Assembly (NCBI GenBank): GCA_943356485.1
Contig: CALRFD010000006.1
Coordinates: 7,450-71,449, forward strand
Reading direction: 5' to 3'
From: Patescibacteria group bacterium
GTDB lineage: Bacteria > Patescibacteriota > Microgenomatia > Daviesbacterales > UBA10151
Length of the DNA: 64,000 nt
This document shows positions 20,592 through 28,709 of this stretch, piece by piece (the stretch's first letter is position 1; every line of letters begins with the position of its first letter). A program made the translations under genes and the position numbers. The notes beneath the pieces are model-generated. The model searched no databases. It saw only the letters and a list, made by a program, of their open reading frames with translations, and was not told the origin of the DNA.

Positions 20592-20640
20592 CCCGCTTGC
20601 CGAGCAAAGCGAGGCAGCCAGGGGCACTGGCGGGCAGGCA
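20568..20640. repeat. GC-rich palindromic element family A, long copy (CCCGCCTGCCAAAGACTGGC-[36 nt]-CACTGGCGGGCAGGCAG) at the map 3' end
   Basis: The 20-mer CCCGCCTGCCAAAGACTGGC is identical to 56558-56577; the terminal arms are inverted repeats; locally ~70% GC in a ~36% GC genome. Confidence 0.7.
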
Positions 20641-20696
20641 GATTGGAGAAAAATAGGTAATTAGATACGTCTAATTTAGCTTTGTAATTATGGGTT

Positions 20697-20725
20697 GTAT
20701 TCTGAAGCTAGTTTTGCTAAAATAC
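20697..20725 (+). promoter_or_regulatory. putative promoter for infA (TTGTAT-17-TAAAAT)
   Basis: Hexamer spacing consistent with sigma70. Confidence 0.3.
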
Positions 20726-20738
20726 TCAAAGCCATTTT

Positions 20739-20978
20739 ATGGATGAAGTTATTGAGGTAGAAGGTAAGATCCTGGCGGTTTTGCCTAATACCTTATTTAG
20801 AGTAGTAATTGATCGGTCTGATAAACTGCCTGAAGTTGTAGGTAGAGTGCTTTTATGTCATATCTCAGGTAAAATGAGAATGCACTATATCAGATTGTTA
20901 GAAGGCGATAGGGTGAGAATCGAGATGAGTCCTAGATATGATTTGGACAAAGGAAGAATTACTTTTAGGTTAAAATAA
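20739..20978 (+). CDS. infA: translation initiation factor IF-1
   Basis: S1-like OB fold, 79 aa, typical IF-1. Confidence 0.92.
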   Translation: MDEVIEVEGKILAVLPNTLFRVVIDRSDKLPEVVGRVLLCHISGKMRMHYIRLLEGDRVRIEMSPRYDLDKGRITFRLK

Positions 20979-20982
20979 AAAA

Positions 20983-21099
20983 ATGAAAGTAGCAGCAAGC
21001 ATTAAAGTTAGATGTAAATTTTGTAAGGTTATTAAGCGTGAAGGCATATTATTTGTCATATGTCCTCGTGATCCGAGGCATAAACAAAGGCAAGGATAA
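20983..21099 (+). CDS. rpmJ: 50S ribosomal protein L36 (38 aa)
   Basis: Hand translation [38 protein letters not shown]; below the ORF-track size cutoff. Confidence 0.9.
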   Translation: MKVAASIKVRCKFCKVIKREGILFVICPRDPRHKQRQG

Positions 21100-21101
21100 T
21101 T

Positions 21102-21497
21102 ATGGCAAGAATAGCAGGAGTTGATTTACCGGAAAATAAAAGAGTAGATATCGGATTAACTTATATCTTTGGTATAGGTAGATCAAATGTAGTCAAAATT
21201 ATTAAAGAGGCAAATGTTTCGGATTCAAAAAGAATTAAAGATTTAACAGATGATGAAGTAGGAAGGTTGCAGAAGTCAGTTGATAAATTTAAAGTTGAAG
21301 GAGACTTGAGGCAGGATATAGAAAGAGATATAAAGAGATTAGAAGAAATAGGAAGTTTTAGAGGACTAAGACACAAAAAGGGCTTACCGGCAAGAGGTCA
21401 GAGAACACGTTCGAATGCCAGGACAAAAAGAGGTAAGAGGAAGACAGTTGGTACGGTTAGAAAAGAAGTTGTAGCAAAGACAGGAGACTCTAAATAA
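21102..21497 (+). CDS. rpsM: 30S ribosomal protein S13
   Basis: [10 protein letters not shown]... typical S13. Confidence 0.93.
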   Translation: MARIAGVDLPENKRVDIGLTYIFGIGRSNVVKIIKEANVSDSKRIKDLTDDEVGRLQKSVDKFKVEGDLRQDIERDIKRLEEIGSFRGLRHKKGLPARGQRTRSNARTKRGKRKTVGTVRKEVVAKTGDSK

Positions 21498-21512
21498 TTT
21501 TAGGGATTAAAT

Positions 21513-21905
21513 ATGGCTAGTAAAAAAATACAAATTAAAAAACAAAAGACAGAACGTAAGGTTACAAGCGGCCGAGTTTATGTTACAGCGACTTTTAACA
21601 ATACTCTAGTCACCTTAACAGATGCAGCCGGGAATGCTCTAACTTGGGGAACGTCAGGGGCATCAGGATTTAAAGGGGCTAGAAAAGCGACTCCTTTTGC
21701 TGCTATTTCTGCGATGGAAACGGTAGCGAGTAAAGCAAAAGAGATGGGTATGATCTCAGTTGAAGTTTATATAAAAGGTCCAGGACCTGGAAGAGACGCA
21801 ACAGTTAAGGCGCTTAGAGGATCCGGCATAAACATTACTATGATTGCAGATGTAACTCCAATTCCACATAATGGTCCAAGACCGAAGAAAAGGAGAAGAG
21901 TTTAA
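21513..21905 (+). CDS. rpsK: 30S ribosomal protein S11
   Basis: Typical S11 core. Confidence 0.93.
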   Translation: MASKKIQIKKQKTERKVTSGRVYVTATFNNTLVTLTDAAGNALTWGTSGASGFKGARKATPFAAISAMETVASKAKEMGMISVEVYIKGPGPGRDATVKALRGSGINITMIADVTPIPHNGPRPKKRRRV

Positions 21906-22507
21906 TGGCTAGGTATACAGGTCCTAAAAGAAGATTATCAAGGAGAGAGGGTTTACCGCTAACTTCTAAAGATATAAAGTATATGGAGAAAAAAGGTACT
22001 ATTCCTCCAGGTCAACACGGGGTTAGAATGAGAAGAAGAGTTTCTGAATATGGAACTCAACTTAGAGAAAAACAAAAGGCAAAAAGATTGTATGGAATTT
22101 TGGAGAAACAGTTTAAGAATTATTATGAAAAAGCTTCAAAAATTAAAGGTTCAACCGGACTTAGCCTTTTGCAGCTTCTGGAAACTAGGTTAGATAATGT
22201 AGTTTACAGATTAGGATTTACTAAAAGCAGGTATGAAGCCAGGCAGTTTGTATCACATGGACATATCCAGCTTGATAATCAAAAAGTGACTATTCCATCA
22301 GCTAAGGTGTGTATTGGGCAGACTATTGCATTATCTGAAAAAATGAGAGATAATACACAGGTTAAAAAGACTTTAGAAGGTCTTGAGGATCTGCCGGAAT
22401 GGCTTGAGCGAAAAGCCACAGTAGGTAAGATTTTAAGAATTCCTAACAGGGATGAAATGGAACAGTCAATTGACGAACAAATGATTGTTGAGTATTACAG
22501 CCGTTAG
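21905..22507 (+). CDS. rpsD: 30S ribosomal protein S4
   Basis: MARYTGPKRRLSRREG... typical S4. Confidence 0.93.
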   Translation: MARYTGPKRRLSRREGLPLTSKDIKYMEKKGTIPPGQHGVRMRRRVSEYGTQLREKQKAKRLYGILEKQFKNYYEKASKIKGSTGLSLLQLLETRLDNVVYRLGFTKSRYEARQFVSHGHIQLDNQKVTIPSAKVCIGQTIALSEKMRDNTQVKKTLEGLEDLPEWLERKATVGKILRIPNRDEMEQSIDEQMIVEYYSR

Positions 22508-22534
22508 TGGAGTTCGCTCATTCGAGATAAAAAT

Positions 22535-23446
22535 ATGATTAGATTTAAAGTTACAAATGAAATAGAAAAAGATAACTATGCACAAATAGTTATTGAACCC
22601 TTGGAAGCAGGCTTTGGTCATACCCTGGGAAATAGTATTAGAAGAGTTCTCCTAACCTCTCTACCTGGTTCTGCAGTAACCTCTATTAAAATAGACGGCG
22701 TATCACATCCTTTTTCCACAATGGATGGAATTTTAGAAGATGTTATAGAAATCATGCTGAATGTTAAAAAGATTCATCTTAAAGTTGGCTCAGATAAAGA
22801 AATAAAATTGACAGTAAAGGCCTCAGGTAAGAAAACAGTAACCGCAGGTGATTTTGAAATAGAAGGAGATGGGGAAGTTATGAATAAAGATCAACATATT
22901 GTGACTTTGACTGATGCCAAGTCTAAATTTAATATGGAAATGATTGCTCAAAAAGGTAAAGGTTATTCAATGTCAGAAGAGAGAAAGACAAACGAAATTG
23001 GGTCAATCACAGTTGATGCTCTATTTTCACCTGTAATAGCTGTTAACTATACTGTAGAACCAACAAGAGTTGGAAGAAGCGCAGACTACGATAAATTAAT
23101 TTTAGATATAACTACAACCGGAATTATGACTCCTCTTGAAACTGTAAATGAAGCATCCAGAATATTATCAGATGCTTTCCATAAAATTTATGAGCCAGAA
23201 GCAGAAGAAGAGGTTATTGAAAAAGGTTCAACTATTTCTGAGGAAGTTTTGAAATTAACAATAGAAGAGTTAGACTTACCTGTTAGAATTACAAATGCGC
23301 TTAAAGCGATTGAATTAGATACCTTAGAAGATTTAATAAATGTCCCAAGACAAGATCTTTTAAAAGCGAAAAACTTAGGGACAAAGTCTTTGAGTTTAAT
23401 ATCAGAAAAACTTTCTGAGAGGGGGTTGTCTTTGCGTGAGGCATAG
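22535..23446 (+). CDS. rpoA: DNA-directed RNA polymerase subunit alpha
   Basis: NTD and CTD motifs; 303 aa. Confidence 0.92.
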   Translation: MIRFKVTNEIEKDNYAQIVIEPLEAGFGHTLGNSIRRVLLTSLPGSAVTSIKIDGVSHPFSTMDGILEDVIEIMLNVKKIHLKVGSDKEIKLTVKASGKKTVTAGDFEIEGDGEVMNKDQHIVTLTDAKSKFNMEMIAQKGKGYSMSEERKTNEIGSITVDALFSPVIAVNYTVEPTRVGRSADYDKLILDITTTGIMTPLETVNEASRILSDAFHKIYEPEAEEEVIEKGSTISEEVLKLTIEELDLPVRITNALKAIELDTLEDLINVPRQDLLKAKNLGTKSLSLISEKLSERGLSLREA

Positions 23447-23921
23447 AGTTTATGGTAAGAAACTTGGAAGAAATAAAAACGAACGCACTAGACTTTTTAA
23501 GGGTTTAGTTCAAGAGTTATTTCTTCATGGTAGTTTAATTACTTCAGAGACTAAAGCTAAGTCGATAAAAGGCTTAGTTGATAAAATTATTAACTTGGCA
23601 AAAAATAAAAATAGCCAAAGATTACTTCAGGCATATTTTACCAACAAAGCGTTAGAAGAAAGAGTATCTGGCGAGATTGCTCCAAAGTTAGATGGTAGGG
23701 TTTCCGGATATACCTCCATGATACGTTTAGGAGTGCAGGAAGGGGATCGAACAACACTTGTTAAAATGAGTATTATTGGTCAGGAGGAATTAAAACCTTT
23801 AGGAAAAAAAGAAGTTAAAAAAGAAACAGTAACAGTTCTCAAGGTAAAACCTGAATCCAAGAAAACAGGGGAATCAAAGGAGAAAAAGACTACTAAAGTA
23901 GCTAAGAAAGTTAAAAAATAA
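23436..23921 (+). CDS. rplQ: 50S ribosomal protein L17 (Lys-rich C-terminal extension)
   Basis: MRHRVYGKKLGRNKNERTRLFKGL... typical L17. Confidence 0.9.
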   Translation: MRHRVYGKKLGRNKNERTRLFKGLVQELFLHGSLITSETKAKSIKGLVDKIINLAKNKNSQRLLQAYFTNKALEERVSGEIAPKLDGRVSGYTSMIRLGVQEGDRTTLVKMSIIGQEELKPLGKKEVKKETVTVLKVKPESKKTGESKEKKTTKVAKKVKK

Positions 23922-23924
23922 TTT

Positions 23925-24353
23925 ATGAGTACTACATCTGTTTCATCAAAAGATATAAAAAGGCAGTGGCATTTAATAAATGCAGAGGGGAAAATTTTAG
24001 GTAGACTGGCAACAGAGGTAGCAACTATTTTAATGGGCAAGAAAAAACCTTCCTTTGTTCCTTACTTAGATATCGGAGACTATGTGGTAGTAACTAACGC
24101 TAGCAAAGTTCAACTCTCTGGCAAAAAGATGCAAAACAAAACATATACCCGTCACTCAGGTTATCCGGGAGGGCTTAAAGTAGAAACCTTTGATAAGTTA
24201 ATTGTCAGAAGACCGGAAAAGATTATCGAACATGCAGTTGCCGGTATGCTACCAGGAAATAAATTAGGCAAAGCGATGATAAAAAAATTAAAAGTTTTCG
24301 CCAGCTCAGAGCATCCTTATGTTAAAGAAATAAAAAAGGAGACTAAAGAATAG
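23925..24353 (+). CDS. rplM: 50S ribosomal protein L13
   Basis: Typical L13. Confidence 0.92.
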   Translation: MSTTSVSSKDIKRQWHLINAEGKILGRLATEVATILMGKKKPSFVPYLDIGDYVVVTNASKVQLSGKKMQNKTYTRHSGYPGGLKVETFDKLIVRRPEKIIEHAVAGMLPGNKLGKAMIKKLKVFASSEHPYVKEIKKETKE

Positions 24354-24355
24354 TT

Positions 24356-24775
24356 ATGGAAACAAAAGTTAAAAAAACAAAAAACAGTGATACTATTTCT
24401 GTTGTAGGAAGAAGAAAAGAAGCAGTTGCCAGAGTAAGAATTTCTGTCGGAGCAGGAGAGCTAGCGGTTAATGGTAAGCCAATAGCTGAATATTTTCTAG
24501 GCGCTTTATACCAAAAGAAATACCAAAGGCCAATAGAGGTAACTAAAACTGAAGGAAAATATAATATTTCTGCTAAAGTTGTTGGCGGAGGGGTTGTTTC
24601 CCAAGTTGATGCGTTTGTACACGGAGTTGCCAGGGCAATTGCTAAGATTGATCCCTCTTTGCGGACACTTTTAAAAAAAGATGGGCTTCTAACCAGGGAT
24701 GCCAGAGTTAAAGAGAGAAGGAAATATGGTAATGCCCAAAAAGCCCGTGCAAAGAAACAGTCTCCAAAGCGTTAA
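24356..24775 (+). CDS. rpsI: 30S ribosomal protein S9
   Basis: Typical S9 with C-terminal ...KRKYGNAQKARAKKQSPKR. Confidence 0.92.
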   Translation: METKVKKTKNSDTISVVGRRKEAVARVRISVGAGELAVNGKPIAEYFLGALYQKKYQRPIEVTKTEGKYNISAKVVGGGVVSQVDAFVHGVARAIAKIDPSLRTLLKKDGLLTRDARVKERRKYGNAQKARAKKQSPKR

Positions 24776-24858
24776 ATTTAAAATTAACCTGATATAATCT
24801 ATTGTATTCCAGAATAATTCATGCTACATTTCCAGGTATATTCTGCCTAGAAGGATAA

Positions 24859-25290
24859 TTGTTTATGTCAGCAGAGGCTTCTCAGTGGGATCATGGTGCA
24901 CACAAAATAAATGGTAAGTCAGTATTTGATATAGGTGAAGGAGCAGTTGCTTCCAGATTGCACTTAGTTTCATTTTCGGAAGCAGTAGAAGAAGAACAGA
25001 TCAGAGATCTTGTTAACAAAAGACAACTGCGTGGGTTAACTGAGGATGAATGGAATGCATTTGTTGCAACTACCCCCAGACAAGCCTTTGCAGAACTTGA
25101 TTTTTCTATAGCCTTAATGTTTACCGCGCAACGCGATGATACAGAAGCTCATCTTTTAGCGACTGTAGTTTATAATCCCCGTAAGAATATGATAGAGATT
25201 ATTTCTAACTGGATCAAAAGAAGTTGGTCCTGCGACTTTGCATTTATGTTTTCAGAGAAAATCGTACCTAAAATTCCACCTCCCCATTAA
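24859..25290 (+). CDS. hypothetical protein (143 aa)
   Basis: ORF with slightly elevated GC; no recognisable family. Confidence 0.4.
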   Translation: MFMSAEASQWDHGAHKINGKSVFDIGEGAVASRLHLVSFSEAVEEEQIRDLVNKRQLRGLTEDEWNAFVATTPRQAFAELDFSIALMFTAQRDDTEAHLLATVVYNPRKNMIEIISNWIKRSWSCDFAFMFSEKIVPKIPPPH

Positions 25291-25391
25291 ACATTAATAA
25301 GTATTTTCCCTATAAACTTTTCAGCAATTTGTGGTAAAATATTAAAGTTATGAAAATTTTAAATAATAATCTTTGGTTTCACTTTGGCTAT

Positions 25392-25482
25392 CCTCTTAAA
25401 AAGGGAGGCGTTTTTGTGGTTTAAGATAATTTTTAATTAAATAATCGATCCACAAGTAACCTCCCAATTGGGAGGTTTTTTT
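25392..25482 (+). promoter_or_regulatory. leader with two tandem SD-like hairpins (CCTCTT-N-GGGAGG-CGTTTTTGTGG and CCTCCC-AATT-GGGAGG-T7-GTGG) upstream of the 25506 ORF
   Basis: Two terminator-like stems whose 3' arms are GGGAGG; TTTGTGG after hairpin 1 can pair with CCACAAG before hairpin 2 (alternative structure). Confidence 0.4.
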
Positions 25483-25505
25483 GTGGTTGGAAGGAGGTGA
25501 ATATT

Positions 25506-25919
25506 ATGAAAGAAGAAATAAAAAATACAGGAATTGATCTTAGGTCTCAAGTTGCTGTTTTAACTAACAGCCTATTAGAGGCTAATAAAACAAAAGACTT
25601 AAAATTGCAATTAACATCTATGCAAAGTTTGACTGATTTATTGGCAAATACTCCTGGTGCAATAAATGCTTTAAGCCAGCTGCAAGAAAATAGAGATGTC
25701 TTGATAGATAAAAAAGTCTTATTATCACGCAACTCAAGAAAACTAATAAGCAGAGCGGTTGTATTAGGAATTGAGTCGACTGATTTAAAAGCAGAACTGA
25801 CAAATAAGGTAGAGGATGCTAAGAAAAAAGGGAGAGATAGACTAACCCGTGGAGATTTAAAAGATCTTGCTCAGGATGTTAAATCTAGACTAATTCAAAG
25901 GAGGCCTGTCCTTGTCTAA
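25506..25919 (+). CDS. hypothetical protein (~137 aa)
   Basis: GGAGGTG RBS 6 nt upstream of ATG 25506 (track ORF starts at GTG 25497); no recognisable family. Confidence 0.5.
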   Translation: MKEEIKNTGIDLRSQVAVLTNSLLEANKTKDLKLQLTSMQSLTDLLANTPGAINALSQLQENRDVLIDKKVLLSRNSRKLISRAVVLGIESTDLKAELTNKVEDAKKKGRDRLTRGDLKDLAQDVKSRLIQRRPVLV

Positions 25920-26008
25920 AAAATCTAGCGGTTGGGTTATATAAAGCGCGCGCTCAGCCGCTAGGGTGTAAATCTTGCATTGGTCTGGTAAAATACTTTA
26001 TGTACTAA

Positions 26009-27406
26009 ATGGATAAGCAAACACCTCAGGAAAAGATTTTTAAAAGCTACGATATCAGAGGTATATATCCAGAGGAAATTAATGAAGATTTTGCTATTCC
26101 TATAACTAAAGCTATTTATAAACTTCTGCAAACTCAACTGGAAACTACAGAACCTTTAACAATTGCAGTGGGGCGGGATATGAGGCTTTCATCTCCGGCT
26201 ATCTTTGAAGCAGTTTCTAAAACCCTGGTGGAATTGGGTGCACAGGTGATTGATTTAGGGATAGTTTCTACCCCGACCTTTTATTATGCAGTTTATAAAA
26301 ATGGCTTTGACGGGGGGGTGCAAATTACAGCTTCTCATAACCCGGGGGAATATAACGGGATAAAAATTGTCAGAAAATCGCCAACTGGACTGGTAAAGAT
26401 TGGTAAGAGTACAGGAATGGATGATATTAAAAAATGGAGCATAGAAGGAGCAGGTCTTTCTCAGATTGATGGAGGTACTATCACTGAAAAAATGGGAGTT
26501 GTGGTTGAGGAGGTACAAAACGCTTTAAGAATTGCCGGAAACCCAAAACTTAATAAATATAAAATTGTTGCAGATGCTGCAAATGCGCTGGGTGCTTTAT
26601 ATATAGAAGAGCTTTTTAAACATATTCCAGGCGAGCTTGTCAAAATGAACTTTGAGCTGGATGGAACTTTCCCCTCCCATCAGGCAGACCCTTTGCAAAA
26701 AGAAACACTGGTTGATCTGCAAAAAAGAGTGGTTGAAGTAAAGGCAGACTTAGGTTTGGCTCCTGATGGGGATGGGGACAGATTATTTTTTATTGATGAA
26801 AAAGGAGGGATTGTCCCGCCATCAATTATTACCGCCTTAGTGGCCAGAGAACTTTTAAAAAAGCATAAAGGTGCAACGGTTTTAGGGGATATTAGATATA
26901 TTATGACTCCTAAAAAAATAGTAGAAGAATTAGGCGGGACTTTTGTGGTAACAAAAGTAGGTCATTCTTTTATTACAGAAAAACTGCATGAGACCGGAGG
27001 AATTTTTGCCGGAGAATCCTCCTCACATTATTTTTTTAAAGAAACAGGTAATGCAGAGTCACAAATTCCAATGATTTTAATAGTTCTTAAAGTAATGACA
27101 GAGGAAGGTAAAAAACTTTCGGAGATTGTTGATTTCTTAAAAAGATCGCATGAGTCAGGTGAATATAATTTTAAAGTAAAAAATGCTAAAGAAGTAATGG
27201 AGGCGGTGAAAGGCGAATTTCCAGAAGGTGAAGTCTCGGAGTTAGACGGGGTTTCAATATCTTTTGCAGATTGGAGATTATCACTTAGAACCTCAAATAC
27301 CGAACCGCTTTTAAGGCTTAATATAGAAGTGGATATAGATGGAAACATTGAAGAAAAGAAAGATAAATTAATAGGGCTTATCAAAAAACATGGTATTTTT
27401 GAATAG
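26009..27406 (+). CDS. phosphomannomutase/phosphoglucomutase family protein
   Basis: Active-site TASHNPGEYNGIKI and metal-binding GDGDRLFF motifs of alpha-D-phosphohexomutases. Confidence 0.85.
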   Translation: MDKQTPQEKIFKSYDIRGIYPEEINEDFAIPITKAIYKLLQTQLETTEPLTIAVGRDMRLSSPAIFEAVSKTLVELGAQVIDLGIVSTPTFYYAVYKNGFDGGVQITASHNPGEYNGIKIVRKSPTGLVKIGKSTGMDDIKKWSIEGAGLSQIDGGTITEKMGVVVEEVQNALRIAGNPKLNKYKIVADAANALGALYIEELFKHIPGELVKMNFELDGTFPSHQADPLQKETLVDLQKRVVEVKADLGLAPDGDGDRLFFIDEKGGIVPPSIITALVARELLKKHKGATVLGDIRYIMTPKKIVEELGGTFVVTKVGHSFITEKLHETGGIFAGESSSHYFFKETGNAESQIPMILIVLKVMTEEGKKLSEIVDFLKRSHESGEYNFKVKNAKEVMEAVKGEFPEGEVSELDGVSISFADWRLSLRTSNTEPLLRLNIEVDIDGNIEEKKDKLIGLIKKHGIFE

Positions 27407-27439
27407 ATAGAAGTTTTTAGTTTGACTATTGTCAAAGTA

Positions 27440-27596
27440 GTAAACATATGGTTTACTAGTACTGCATTAAGAGTGCCGCTTAAAAAGCGAGCCGGCAACC
27501 GTAAAGTTACGGTGCCAAATCCTTGAGAGAGGAAGATGCGCCCGCCTTTGGCGAGGAAACTTGAAAGCCTCTCTGATGAGAGGTTTTTTTGAATTT
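27440..27596 (+). ncRNA. SAM riboswitch (SAM-I/IV clan) with intrinsic-terminator expression platform
   Basis: Core motifs GAGUGCC ... GCCGGCAACC ... GGUGCCAAAUCC, then antiterminator GAGAGAGG, terminator CCTCTC-TGATG-AGAGG-T7 and the metK ATG. Confidence 0.7.
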
Positions 27597-28709
27597 ATGG
27601 CAAATATCATAACAACATTTACATCTGAATCAGTTTGCTCAGGCCATCCGGATAAAATTTGTGATGCAGTTTCCGATGCTATAGTAGATGCAGTATTGAC
27701 TCAAGACAAACACGGCCATGTTGGGGTTGAAACCATGGCTGCTTTTGGTAAAGTGATTATTGCCGGTGAGGTGAAAGCAAAGGGCAAAACTATTAACTAT
27801 GAAAAAATTGCCAGGGAACAAATTAAAAGACTGGGATATACTGATCCAAAATTTAATTTTTATTATGATTCACCGGTAGCCATGCATGTACACCAGCAAT
27901 CTCCGGAGATTGCTGTGGGAGTAGATAGTGATGGAGCCGGAGATCAGGGAATGATGTTTGGATACGCATGTACAGAGACAGAAGAGCTAATGCCTCTTCC
28001 GATAACTTTGGCGCATCAGTTGGCTAGAAGAATAGATCATGTTAGGGAAGATAAAATTTTAGATTATCTTCGTCCGGATGGAAAAACTCAGGTTACAGTT
28101 GAATATAAAAATGGTAAACCGGTGGCGGTAAGCCATGTAGTAGTTGCTGTTCCTCACAAGGAAAATATTGGCTTGGATCAGGTTAAAAAAGATGTTTATG
28201 AAAAAATAGTTACACCAGTTTTGGCAAAGTATGGCTATAAAGTTTCAATTAAAAATTTAATAGTAAACGGTACTGGTGTTTGGCATAACGGCGGACCAGC
28301 TGCAGATTGTGGTGTAACGGGCAGAAAAATTGTAGTGGATGGATATGGCGGATATGCTAGGGTTGGGGGGGGAGCGTTTTCCGGCAAAGACCCGACAAAG
28401 GTAGATAGATCAGGTGCATACGCCGCCCGTTTCATTGCAAAAAATATTGTAGCTAATAAGTTGGCGAAAAGAGTAGAAGTTAGACTGGCATATTTTATCG
28501 GAGCTAAAAAGCCATTAATGCAGCAAGTCGAAACTTTCGGTACCAATAAAAAGAGCCAGAAAATAATAGATAATTTTGCCGCCAAAATTCTGGATACTTC
28601 AGTAACAGGTATTATAAAAGGGTTGGATTTGTTAAGGCCAATATATTTACCAACTGCTGCCTATGGTCATTTTGGCCGGGATGAATTTCCTTGGGAAAGA
28701 ATTGTTTAG
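27597..28709 (+). CDS. metK: S-adenosylmethionine synthase
   Basis: MANIITTFTSESVCSGHPDKICDAVSDAIVDA...; the track ORF starts upstream at 27561 but the conserved N-terminus and riboswitch terminator place the start at 27597. Confidence 0.9.
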   Translation: MANIITTFTSESVCSGHPDKICDAVSDAIVDAVLTQDKHGHVGVETMAAFGKVIIAGEVKAKGKTINYEKIAREQIKRLGYTDPKFNFYYDSPVAMHVHQQSPEIAVGVDSDGAGDQGMMFGYACTETEELMPLPITLAHQLARRIDHVREDKILDYLRPDGKTQVTVEYKNGKPVAVSHVVVAVPHKENIGLDQVKKDVYEKIVTPVLAKYGYKVSIKNLIVNGTGVWHNGGPAADCGVTGRKIVVDGYGGYARVGGGAFSGKDPTKVDRSGAYAARFIAKNIVANKLAKRVEVRLAYFIGAKKPLMQQVETFGTNKKSQKIIDNFAAKILDTSVTGIIKGLDLLRPIYLPTAAYGHFGRDEFPWERIV

